A stretch of 24,000 nt of DNA from Bifidobacterium choerinum (GTDB lineage: Bacteria; Actinomycetota; Actinomycetes; Actinomycetales; Bifidobacteriaceae), in NCBI RefSeq assembly GCF_000741135.1, contig NZ_JGYU01000002.1, forward strand, positions 286,022 through 310,021, written 5' to 3'. Positions within the stretch are counted from its first letter, which is position 1. Each line of letters opens with the position of its first letter. Position numbers and translations under genes: made by a program. Shown here in pieces: positions 1 through 8,480 of this stretch. A model generated the notes under the pieces. That model was not told where the DNA came from, did no database searches, and saw only the letters and a program-made list of their open reading frames with translations.

Positions 1-947
1 CCTTCGCGATGATCACCGTCGCGCTCATCTGCGGCGCGATCGCCGAGCGCGTCAAGTACAGCACGTGGATGATCTTCGTCGCGCTGTGGATCACCTTCGA
101 CTACGCGCCGATGGCGCATATGGTCTGGAACGGCGGCCTGCTGTCCGCCGACGGTCCGATCTCGCAGGCGATCGGCGCGGCCGCGCACGACTTCGCAGGC
201 GGCACCGTCGTCCATATCAACGCAGCCGTCGCGGCATTGATCATCGTGCTGATCATCGGCAAGCGCAAGGGCTTCGGCACCGAGCCGATGCGCCCGCACA
301 ACGTCCCCTTCGTCATGCTCGGCGCGTTCCTGCTGTGGTTCGGCTGGTTCGGTTTCAACGCCGGCTCCGCCTTCGCCGCGAACGGCGCCGCAGGCTACGC
401 CTGGGTCTCCACGTCGCTCGCCGCAGGCGCCGCGATGCTGGGCTGGGGCTTCACCGAGAAGATCCGCACCGGCCACTACACGGCTATCGGCGCCGCCTCG
501 GGCATCGTCGCCGGCCTCGTCGCGATCACGCCGGCCGCGGACGTCGTCTCCCCGATCTGGTCGATCGTGCTCGGCGCGATCGCCGGCATCGTGACCTGCT
601 TCGCCTGCTCGCTCAAGTACAAGCTCGGCTATGACGATTCGCTCGACGTCGTCGGCGTCCATGGCGTCGGCGGCCTCATCGGCACCGTCGCGCTCGGCTT
701 CTTCATGCAGGACACCGGTCTGTTCTGCGGTGGCGACTGGCGTCAGCTCGTCGTGCAGATCGTCATCGCTCTCGTCGCGATGGCCTTCTCCGCAGTCATC
801 ACCACGATCATCGCCTTCGGTCTCGAGAAGACCGTCGGCTGGCGCGTGACCCAGGCCCAGGAGATCGGCGGCATCGATCTGGCCGATCAGGGCGAACGCG
901 CATACGATTTCGCTGGCACCGCCAGCTCCGTCATCAAGGAGATGTGA
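1..947 (+). CDS. amt: Ammonium transporter, Amt family (5' end outside window)
   Basis: ORF 9..947 is open to the window edge. The translation is polytopic and Gly/Ala-rich with Amt-type segments (DFAGGTVVHINAAVAAL, WFGWFGFNAGS). It sits directly upstream of a P-II gene, the conserved amt-glnK arrangement. Confidence 0.9.
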   Translation, partial: FAMITVALICGAIAERVKYSTWMIFVALWITFDYAPMAHMVWNGGLLSADGPISQAIGAAAHDFAGGTVVHINAAVAALIIVLIIGKRKGFGTEPMRPHNVPFVMLGAFLLWFGWFGFNAGSAFAANGAAGYAWVSTSLAAGAAMLGWGFTEKIRTGHYTAIGAASGIVAGLVAITPAADVVSPIWSIVLGAIAGIVTCFACSLKYKLGYDDSLDVVGVHGVGGLIGTVALGFFMQDTGLFCGGDWRQLVVQIVIALVAMAFSAVITTIIAFGLEKTVGWRVTQAQEIGGIDLADQGERAYDFAGTASSVIKEM

Positions 948-1289
<342 letters not shown>

Positions 1290-1315
1290 CCCGAACGAAC
1301 CATGTGACACCCTGA

Positions 1316-1351
1316 GACGGCCTCCGCTGCACGACGTGCACGGAGGCCGTC
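1316..1351 (+). terminator. Stem-loop between glnK and glnD (terminator or attenuator)
   Basis: Perfect 11-bp inverted repeat: GACGGCCTCCG (1316-1326) and CGGAGGCCGTC (1341-1351). The loop contains a nested TGCAC-GAC-GTGCA. No U-tract follows. Confidence 0.55.
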
Positions 1352-1434
1352 ATTACATATACGTATACGCGGCGGCTGCGCAAGCCGAGACTGCACAGCG
1401 GAGACTCGCACATCGCAGTCAGGAGGAACCGACG

Positions 1435-3255
1435 ATGACGACGGCGGTCGACGATCTCAGACAACGTCTGCTCGCACTGAGCGAACCCGATATGGACGGC
1501 GTATTGCGCGACGGCGCGGCGAAACGCGCGGCGCGCACGGCGCTCACGATGGACGCGCTCGCGCGGCTGTGGGACGAGGCGTGCGCGGCCGTGCCCTTCG
1601 ACGTGCCGCGCGACGGCATCGGGCTCGCGGCGGTCGGCTCGCTCGCGCGCGGCCAGCTCGGACCGAGCTCCGACCTCGATCTCGTGCTCATCCACGACGG
1701 CAGGGCATTGAGCGGCGCGCAGCTCAACGAATTCGCGAACAGGCTGTGGTATCCGCTGTGGGACGGCGGCATCGACCTCGACCATTCGGTGCGCACACGC
1801 GCGCAATGCGAATCGGTGACCGACGCCGACCTGCCGGCGGCAATGGGATGGCTCGACGTGCGGCCGGTCGCCGGCGACGCGGCGCTCGTCACCGCCGCCG
1901 CCGTCTCGATCCTCGAACGGTGGCGCAAGGCCGCGCGCAAACGGCTGCCGGAGCTGCTCGACTCGGCGAAGCGGCGCCTCGAGCGCTTCGGCCGCATGCC
2001 CTACGTCAACCAGCCCGACATCAAGGAGTCGCGCGGCGGCCTGCGCGACGTCGTATTGACGGCGGCGCTGTCCGCGTCGTGGCTCGCCGATCGTCCGCAC
2101 GGCCGCTACGATGCCGCCGTCGAGCGGCTGCTCGACGTGCGCGACTGCATCCATCTGGCCGCGCACCGCGACACGAATCTGCTGCTCGCGCCGTATCAGG
2201 CGACGGTCGCGGCGATGCTCGGCCTCGCCGATCCGACATTGCCCGGCGACGAACGTGCGGCGACGTCGATCGACGACCTGCTCACCCTGCTCGCCCGCCT
2301 CGGCCGCACGATCGCATTCTCGCTCGACGCGACGGCCGCGCGCGCCGAACATACGCTCGTCCACGAGCAGCCGCGTTTCTCGTTCTTCCAGATCATGCAT
2401 CCGCGCGCCGGCGGCAGGCGCGAGGCGCCGAAGTTCGACCTGCTCGCGCCCGGCGTCGCGCTGCACGAGCAGGAGGTCGTGCTCGCTCCCGGCGTCGACG
2501 CGTCGCAGGACGCCGATCTGCCGCTGCGCGTGGCCGCGGCCGCCGCCGGACGGGGGCTGCCGATCAACACGTCGACGCTTGCGAACCTCGCGACGTCGCC
2601 GATCCACTACGCCGACTGGGACGACGCGTCGCGCGCCGACTTCATCCGGCTGCTCGCGAGCGGCGAACGGCTGCTCGACGTCTGGGAGGAGCTCGACTTC
2701 GTCGACATCCCGAGCCGCTGGATGCCCGAATGGGCGGCGATCCGCAACCGGCCGAGCGCGTCGGCGGCGCATCGCTACACGATCGACCGTCATATGATCG
2801 CCGTGACGTCGCGGCTCGCGCGCGGCGGGTATGACGACGAGCATTACGCGGCGCTGCTGCTCGCCGGACTGCTGCACGACATCGGCAAGCGGCCGCGCGT
2901 CACCGACCATGCGCGCGAAGGCGAGCGGCATGCGCGCGCCGTGCTCGAGCGGATGGGCTTCGATGCGTCGATCGTGCGGATGGCTACGCTGCTTGTGCGC
3001 GAGCATCTGACGTTGTCCGAGTTCTCGACGTCGCGCAATCCCAACGATCCGCAGGTCGGCGAGGAGCTCGCCGCGCATGTCGGGCACGATCCGGTGCTGC
3101 TCGACATGCTGTTCGATCTGACGAAGGCGGACATGTCGTCGCTCGGCGCGACCGCCGGCGAGCAGATCTCCGGGCAGGTCGGCTGGAGCCGGTGGAGCGC
3201 GCAGCTCGTCACGGCGATGGCCGCGAACGCGCATGCAGCGATCGCCGGACGATGA
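1435..3255 (+). CDS. glnD: P-II nucleotidyltransferase GlnD (uridylyl/adenylyl-transferase), short form
   Basis: ATG at 1435 is preceded by AGGAGG (1421-1426), in frame with ORF 1129..3255. N-terminal nucleotidyltransferase-like region (GSLARGQLGPSSDLDLVLIHD). HD motif LLHDIGK with H481/D482. Follows amt-glnK. Confidence 0.85.
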   Translation: MTTAVDDLRQRLLALSEPDMDGVLRDGAAKRAARTALTMDALARLWDEACAAVPFDVPRDGIGLAAVGSLARGQLGPSSDLDLVLIHDGRALSGAQLNEFANRLWYPLWDGGIDLDHSVRTRAQCESVTDADLPAAMGWLDVRPVAGDAALVTAAAVSILERWRKAARKRLPELLDSAKRRLERFGRMPYVNQPDIKESRGGLRDVVLTAALSASWLADRPHGRYDAAVERLLDVRDCIHLAAHRDTNLLLAPYQATVAAMLGLADPTLPGDERAATSIDDLLTLLARLGRTIAFSLDATAARAEHTLVHEQPRFSFFQIMHPRAGGRREAPKFDLLAPGVALHEQEVVLAPGVDASQDADLPLRVAAAAAGRGLPINTSTLANLATSPIHYADWDDASRADFIRLLASGERLLDVWEELDFVDIPSRWMPEWAAIRNRPSASAAHRYTIDRHMIAVTSRLARGGYDDEHYAALLLAGLLHDIGKRPRVTDHAREGERHARAVLERMGFDASIVRMATLLVREHLTLSEFSTSRNPNDPQVGEELAAHVGHDPVLLDMLFDLTKADMSSLGATAGEQISGQVGWSRWSAQLVTAMAANAHAAIAGR

Positions 3256-3328
3256 TGCGACGCGGCGCGCGTTCGGCGGGCGCCGCGGACGATGATGCAT
3301 GCGGGCGCCGGCGTGGGTGCTGCATAGA

Positions 3329-3350
3329 GATATGACCGGGATATGACCGG
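3329..3350. repeat. Exact 11-bp tandem direct repeat, 2 copies (GATATGACCGG)
   Basis: GATATGACCGG at 3329-3339 and again at 3340-3350, in the glnD-downstream intergenic region. Confidence 0.9.
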
Positions 3351-3428
3351 CGTCGTATAGCACAATTCGGCGGCGTCCGCAAATCGGAGTGCCTCAGATT
3401 GGACTGTTTTCCGTGCTGTATCCCCAAG

Positions 3429-3544
3429 TTATCCACAGGCTTATCCACCGGATGTGGATAACCCGGACGGTAATCCACCGCAATCCACATGGTTATCCCC
3501 AGAATGTGGATAAGTGGGGGTGCAGTGTGAAGAAGTTGTCCACA
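3429..3544. promoter_or_regulatory. DnaA-box cluster, main block
   Basis: Perfect boxes: TTATCCACA 3429-3437; TGTGGATAA 3453-3461 and 3505-3513. One mismatch: TTATCCACC 3441-3449, TTATCCCCA 3493-3501, TTGTCCACA 3536-3544. Two mismatches: 3471-3479, 3481-3489. Confidence 0.8.
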
Positions 3545-3660
3545 ATTCCTCCCCGCGCATGTCGTTCCACCTTCCGCTGAACGTCGATGGCGACGGATAA
3601 AGGCGGCGAAAAGTGCGAACGGCGTCGTTCCAAGGCTCGGACGATGTGGACGAATCACCA

Positions 3661-3710
3661 GATGGCGGACGGTCCGTCATGGGGAGATGGCGGACGGTCC
3701 GTCATGGGGA
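3661..3710. repeat. Exact 25-bp tandem direct repeat, 2 copies, each with an internal dyad
   Basis: GATGGCGGACGGTCCGTCATGGGGA at 3661-3685 and 3686-3710. Each unit contains GACGG-T-CCGTC. A third GGCGGACGG occurs at 3744-3752. Confidence 0.9.
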
Positions 3711-3782
3711 TGGCCGCGCGACGCCGATAGGGGGGGCTGGGACGGCGGACGGCGATGATGGCTGCGCTGCGGGCGCAACCGG

Positions 3783-3838
3783 TTATCCACATCGCCGCCA
3801 AATCGGTGGGACATGCGCGGACCATCCACATTTCCACA
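3783..3838. promoter_or_regulatory. DnaA-box cluster, second block
   Basis: Perfect TTATCCACA at 3783-3791. Degenerate CCATCCACA at 3822-3830 and ATTTCCACA at 3830-3838. About 100 bp upstream of the 3935 start codon. Confidence 0.6.
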
Positions 3839-3934
3839 AAGTTTTGCCGGCAGCTGGCGCGAGGCGGCGGCAATACGGCACAGTGGCTGCAACACCGGTG
3901 CGGACCAACGAGATTCCACGGACAAGGAGGACGC

Positions 3935-5491
3935 ATGTCCACAACAGCAGATCCGGGCGCCAACGGCGCGATGCTTGCACTCGATTCGCGAGGGTTCCTC
4001 GAGAAACTCGTCGAACTGCGCACACTGTTCGACGACCACATCGTCAACGCCGAACGCATCGTCGTCGATGAACAGGACACTCCGCAAGGCCATATGCTGA
4101 GCACGATCATGCCGCCGGCTCCGGAACGGCTGCTCGGTCTCGGCGAGGACCTCTTCGGCGCATCCTGCTGGCCGGTCGAACTGTGCGCGGCGGCCGAGAT
4201 GGGCAGCAGCGTCTTCATCGACCACTGCAGGGCGTTCCTGACGCATTGCGAATACGTCGTGCGCCGCCACGGCCTCGGCTACTGGCTGTACGAGCGCATG
4301 GACAAGGCGCGCACAGCCTTCGCCGCCGACCGTCCGGCCGACGAACTGCCGCTATGCATCCGCGTGATCGACGACAAAAGCCTGGACAAACGCTTCGGCG
4401 GCCGCGACAAGCGCCGCTTCGGCACGAAACGGCAGCGCTGCGAGGACGGCTTCGAGTACTACCGCATGACGCGTTCGATGGCCGCTCGCAGCGTCATCCG
4501 CTGGGGCGAGCCGGGCATGCTCGCCGCGCGCGTCGCCTACACGTTGCTCACCGACGGCACCGTCGGCGGCGACCTGCTGCTGCAGGCCACGACGCCGGAC
4601 CACCGCTTCCGCAACGAAGGGGAGCGCCGCGCGCACGAGGGGTCGCTCGAGATCCTCCACACGATCGACGGGCTGCGGCTGCAGGCCGACGCCGAATACG
4701 AGCAGGCGCTCGCCCGCGGCGACGTGCACGTCTCGATGCCGAGCCGTACGACCGACGACGATGACCTCATGTGCACGTCCTACCAGTACTTCTCCTACCA
4801 TGTCGGCGTCGCCGAGGCGCTCGACCGCGCCCGCGCCGGCGAAGGCTGGAACGAGGAGGACATCGCGCACTACGTCAAGGCCAAGCCATGTGTCTCGGCG
4901 CTTGAACGGCGCATCGATCAGCGCTTCCTCTATGACGTGCAGCAGCTGCGGCAGGCCGTCGAGGCGCTGTGGGACGGCAAGCCGAAGCTCGTCGAGGAGC
5001 TCTTCGAATCGCCGCAGGCACGCGAGGAGGAGATGCGCAAGCCGCTGTGGCGCAACATGCTCTACCTCAACGACGTCGCCGGCTCGATCCTCGGCGCGAT
5101 GATGCGCAACCAGCTGATGGGGGCGCTCGCGACGCACGACGACGACCTGCTGCAGGCGTCGTTCAGGAGCCTCGACTCGATCTGCACGATGGTGCGCGAC
5201 ATCGGCACGCTAGCGATGCCGATGCTGCTCATCGACGAGAACGAGATCGACTACAGCCGGGTGGACGACATGTCCTTGCAGGAGCGGACGCAGGTGTTGC
5301 GCCACTACTGCTCGATCCGCGACGCGGCCGTGGCCATATGGCTCGCGCGCATGCCGTGGAAGGATGAGCCGACATTGCGCGATGCGACTGTCGAACTGTT
5401 CGGCCCGTCGACGCTCGCCTTCTCGCGCACCGTATTGCCGCGACTCGAACGGGAGCTCAGGCTGCCCGGCACCGTCGACGAGGCCTGCTGA
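3935..5491 (+). CDS. Hypothetical protein, 518 aa, no recognisable motif
   Basis: ATG at 3935 is preceded by AAGGAGG (3924-3930), in frame with ORF 3755..5491. Strong G/C third-position bias throughout. No transmembrane segment, P-loop or other motif that I recognise. Confidence 0.7.
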   Translation: MSTTADPGANGAMLALDSRGFLEKLVELRTLFDDHIVNAERIVVDEQDTPQGHMLSTIMPPAPERLLGLGEDLFGASCWPVELCAAAEMGSSVFIDHCRAFLTHCEYVVRRHGLGYWLYERMDKARTAFAADRPADELPLCIRVIDDKSLDKRFGGRDKRRFGTKRQRCEDGFEYYRMTRSMAARSVIRWGEPGMLAARVAYTLLTDGTVGGDLLLQATTPDHRFRNEGERRAHEGSLEILHTIDGLRLQADAEYEQALARGDVHVSMPSRTTDDDDLMCTSYQYFSYHVGVAEALDRARAGEGWNEEDIAHYVKAKPCVSALERRIDQRFLYDVQQLRQAVEALWDGKPKLVEELFESPQAREEEMRKPLWRNMLYLNDVAGSILGAMMRNQLMGALATHDDDLLQASFRSLDSICTMVRDIGTLAMPMLLIDENEIDYSRVDDMSLQERTQVLRHYCSIRDAAVAIWLARMPWKDEPTLRDATVELFGPSTLAFSRTVLPRLERELRLPGTVDEAC

Positions 5492-5600
5492 GGCCGGCGC
5501 ATCCGGCGGCCGCGGGGACCCCGACCGGCCGCGACACTCCGTGCGGAGGCCCGACACGCGTGCGTGCGCGGCCCTCGCACGGCCTTCGCATGCGCAGGTC

Positions 5601-5628
5601 TTCTTTTTGCGTTCGCCTTTCATATAAT
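5601..5628 (+). promoter_or_regulatory. Candidate promoter giving a leaderless or near-leaderless dnaB mRNA
   Basis: TATAAT at 5623-5628 lies 8 nt before the ATG at 5637. There is no Shine-Dalgarno sequence between them. Weak -35-like TTCTTT at 5601-5606 (16-nt spacer). Confidence 0.4.
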
Positions 5629-5636
5629 CGACTGTT

Positions 5637-7013
5637 ATGGCTGAAGGATTCGATAGGAACGACAAGAACGACATGGCGTTGTTCGACCGCGTGCCGCCAC
5701 ACGACGACGACGCCGAAATGGCGACGCTCGGCGGCATGCTGATGGCGAAGGACGCGATCGGCGAGGTGACGCAGACGCTCGAGGAGTCCGACTTCTATCA
5801 GCCGAAGCACCAGACGATCTACAAGGCGATCATCGACCTGTTCTCGGCCGGCGACCCGGCCGACGTCGTGACCGTCGCGAACCGGCTCGACGACGCCGGC
5901 GACCTTGAGAAGGTGGGCAGCGTCGACTACCTGCACGACCTCATCGGCTCGGTGCCGACGGCCGCGAACGCCGTGTACTACGCGACGATCGTGCACCAGC
6001 GCGCGATCCTGCGCAACGTCATCGCCGCCGGCACGAAGATCACGCAGCTCGGCTACAATGCCGAAGGCTCGCAGGCGCAGGAGGTCGTCAACCTCGCCCA
6101 GGCCGAGATCTACGAGATGAGCATGGGCAAGGTGCATCAGGACTACACGCCGATCGCCACGGCCGTCGAGGCGACGCTCAAGCAGATCGACCGCATACAG
6201 AAAGGCGAGATCGAATCCGGCATCCTCACCGGCTTCCGCGACATCGACTCGGTGACGAAGGGCCTGCAGCCCGGCCAGATGATCGTCGTCGCCGGACGTC
6301 CGGCGATGGGCAAGTCGACGCTCGGCGTCGACTTCGCGCGCGCCGCCGCGCTCCATCAGGGCCTGACGACCGTCATCTTCAGCCTCGAGATGAGCCAGAT
6401 CGAACTGTCGCAGCGCATCATCTCGGCCGAGACGAACATCCCGCTCTCGGCGATGCGCAACGCCGACGACATCGACCCCGGCCGCTGGAACGTGCTCAAC
6501 AACTTCTTCGTCAAGCTCAAGGACGCGCCGCTGTACATCGACGACTCGCCGAACATGAGCCTGATGGAGATCCGCGCGAAATGCCGCCAGCTCAAGCAGA
6601 GCGACGACCTCAAACTCGTCGTCATCGACTATCTGCAGCTGATGAGCTCCGGCAAGCAGGTCGAAAGTCGCCAGCAGGAGGTCTCCGAGTTCTCGCGTGC
6701 GCTCAAGCTGCTCGCGAAGGAGCTCGAAGTGCCGGTCGTCGCCCTCTCGCAGCTCAACCGAGGTCCCGAGATGCGCAACGACAAGAAGCCGCAGCTGTCC
6801 GACCTGCGCGAATCCGGCTCGATCGAGCAGGACGCCGACGTCGTCTTCCTCGTGCACCGCCCCGACGCCTACGACAAGGAGGACCGTCCCGGCGAGGCCG
6901 ACATCATCATGGCGAAGCACCGCAACGGACCGACGGCGACCTTCAACCTCGCGTTCCGCGGACAGTATTCGAAGTTCCAGGACATGCCCCAGGACTATCA
7001 GCAGGGAGTCTGA
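5637..7013 (+). CDS. dnaB: Replicative DNA helicase DnaB
   Basis: 458 aa. N-terminal RVPPHDDDAEMATLGGMLM, Walker A GRPAMGKST, then VVIDYLQLM and SQLNRG motifs typical of DnaB. Alternative start at ATG 5673 (MALFDRVPPHD) is possible. Confidence 0.95.
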   Translation: MAEGFDRNDKNDMALFDRVPPHDDDAEMATLGGMLMAKDAIGEVTQTLEESDFYQPKHQTIYKAIIDLFSAGDPADVVTVANRLDDAGDLEKVGSVDYLHDLIGSVPTAANAVYYATIVHQRAILRNVIAAGTKITQLGYNAEGSQAQEVVNLAQAEIYEMSMGKVHQDYTPIATAVEATLKQIDRIQKGEIESGILTGFRDIDSVTKGLQPGQMIVVAGRPAMGKSTLGVDFARAAALHQGLTTVIFSLEMSQIELSQRIISAETNIPLSAMRNADDIDPGRWNVLNNFFVKLKDAPLYIDDSPNMSLMEIRAKCRQLKQSDDLKLVVIDYLQLMSSGKQVESRQQEVSEFSRALKLLAKELEVPVVALSQLNRGPEMRNDKKPQLSDLRESGSIEQDADVVFLVHRPDAYDKEDRPGEADIIMAKHRNGPTATFNLAFRGQYSKFQDMPQDYQQGV

Positions 7014-7014
7014 G

Positions 7015-8469
7015 ATGGCGAACACGGCAATAGACAAGACGGCGGTCGGCCGCGGACCATGGTACGGCTTCGCGACGCCGCTGCTCGGCAAGACGGTGCG
7101 CTGGGCGTCGCGCGTCACCCGGCATGGCGGCAGCGCGTTCCCCGGCAAGGTCGTCGAGCGCGTCGACCCGACGTTCCTGCGGCGCACGCTCGCGCAGCTG
7201 CCGCTCGGCGTCATCCTCGTCTCCGGCACGAACGGCAAGACGACGACGACGCGCATGGTCGCGATGATGCTCGAATCGCTCGGACTGCGCGTCTTCACGA
7301 ACCCGACCGGCTCCAACTTCACGCGCGGCGTCGTCTCCGCGCTGCTCAACGAGGTCACGATGGGCGGGCGCATCGACGCCGACATCGCCGTCCTCGAACT
7401 CGACGAGGCCTACGCCGTGCAGTTCGTCGCGCAGGTCAGGCCGCAGTACGCGCTGCTGCTCAACGTCATGCGCGACCAGCTCGACCGCTTCGGCGAGATC
7501 GACAACACGGCGCGGCTGCTCGGCCGCGTCGCCGAGGCGACGACGCGCGCTGTCGTCCTCAACCGCGAGGACCCGCGCATCGCCGCGCTCGCCGAACTCG
7601 CGCCGGTCGACACGCGCGCGTCATACTTCGGCCTGTCGCGCGCGTTGCGCCGCTACTTCCCGACCGACGACGACATGGCGACGACGGTCGCGCTCGCCGC
7701 CGCCGCGCCGGCGCCGCAGCAGACACCGGCCGCGCACGTCACGCCGGCCGACGTCATGCTCACGGCGGTCGGCGACCACCGCGCGCAGATGATCATCGAC
7801 GGCCAGGAATACGAATCGGAGGTCAAGCTCGAAGGCGTCTACAACCTCTACAACGCGGCGGCCGCGCTCGCCGTCGTGCGCGCCGTGCAGCAGGACCTGC
7901 GCAGCCCCGACATGATCGGACGGGCCGCGTCGACGCTGCCGACCTCGCGCCGCGACGGATTCGTCATGCGCGCGCAGCACTTCGCCGGCGCCGGCACAGC
8001 GCAGCTGCTCGACGCGCTCGCGCAGGTGACGCCCGCCTTCGGACGCGGCGAGGTCATCGATGTGCACGGCTCGCCGACGGAGCTGCTGCTCGTCAAGAAC
8101 CCGATGGGATTCCGTCTCGCGCTCGCGTCGTTCCCGCCGGACGACGCCGACACGATGATCTGCATCAACGACGAATACGCGGACGGCCGCGACATGAGCT
8201 GGCTGTGGGACGTCGACTTCACGAGCCTGAAGGCCGGCGGCGTCGCGGCCGTCTCCGGCGTGCGCGCGTGGGACATGGCGCTGCGCCTCGCCTACGACGA
8301 GGTCGGCGTCGACGACGTCGACACCGACCTCGGGCGGGCCGTCGCCGTCTTCGTGGCGCGCAACCCCGGCCGGCGCAAGCACATCTACTGCACGTACACG
8401 GCGATGCTCGCCGTGCGTGCGTATCTGGCGAAGATCGCCGACGTCGCCGACGCCGGCGTGGGCAAGTGA
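7015..8469 (+). CDS. murT: Mur-ligase-family subunit MurT of lipid II isoglutaminyl synthase
   Basis: ATG at 7015 is 1 nt after the dnaB stop, in frame with ORF 6697..8469. Mur ligase P-loop VSGTNGKTTTT. C-terminal DUF1727-like INDEYADGRDMSWLWDVDF. Followed by a gatD-type amidotransferase. Confidence 0.85.
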   Translation: MANTAIDKTAVGRGPWYGFATPLLGKTVRWASRVTRHGGSAFPGKVVERVDPTFLRRTLAQLPLGVILVSGTNGKTTTTRMVAMMLESLGLRVFTNPTGSNFTRGVVSALLNEVTMGGRIDADIAVLELDEAYAVQFVAQVRPQYALLLNVMRDQLDRFGEIDNTARLLGRVAEATTRAVVLNREDPRIAALAELAPVDTRASYFGLSRALRRYFPTDDDMATTVALAAAAPAPQQTPAAHVTPADVMLTAVGDHRAQMIIDGQEYESEVKLEGVYNLYNAAAALAVVRAVQQDLRSPDMIGRAASTLPTSRRDGFVMRAQHFAGAGTAQLLDALAQVTPAFGRGEVIDVHGSPTELLLVKNPMGFRLALASFPPDDADTMICINDEYADGRDMSWLWDVDFTSLKAGGVAAVSGVRAWDMALRLAYDEVGVDDVDTDLGRAVAVFVARNPGRRKHIYCTYTAMLAVRAYLAKIADVADAGVGK

Positions 8470-8480
8470 AGGAGCGACGC

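Noticed and set aside
3246-3299. 13-bp direct repeat CGGACGATGATGC (3246-3258 and 3287-3299), and GATGATG motifs as DnaA-trios.
   Set aside because: The first copy is just the end of glnD including its stop codon. The 5'-GAT-3' repeats do not match the described DnaA-trio polarity and are not adjacent to a DnaA box.
3389-3580. 63-aa ORF (MPQIGLFSVLYPQVIHRLIHRMWITRTVIHRNPHGYPQNVDKW...) across the intergenic region.
   Set aside because: Its repetitive IHR/WIT peptide pattern is simply the translation of reiterated DnaA boxes. It has no SD and no coding-type codon bias.
3429-3838. Interpreting the DnaA-box cluster as the chromosomal origin oriC.
   Set aside because: No dnaA, dnaN, rpmH or recF is nearby, and I see no clearly AT-rich unwinding element or DnaA-trio-like repeat next to the boxes. 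This cannot be excluded without the genome context, so it is reported as a non-origin cluster hypothesis instead.
3755-3934. Upstream extension of the orphan CDS to the ATG at 3755.
   Set aside because: The extension runs through DnaA boxes and lacks an SD. The ATG at 3935 has a strong AAGGAGG at the correct spacing.
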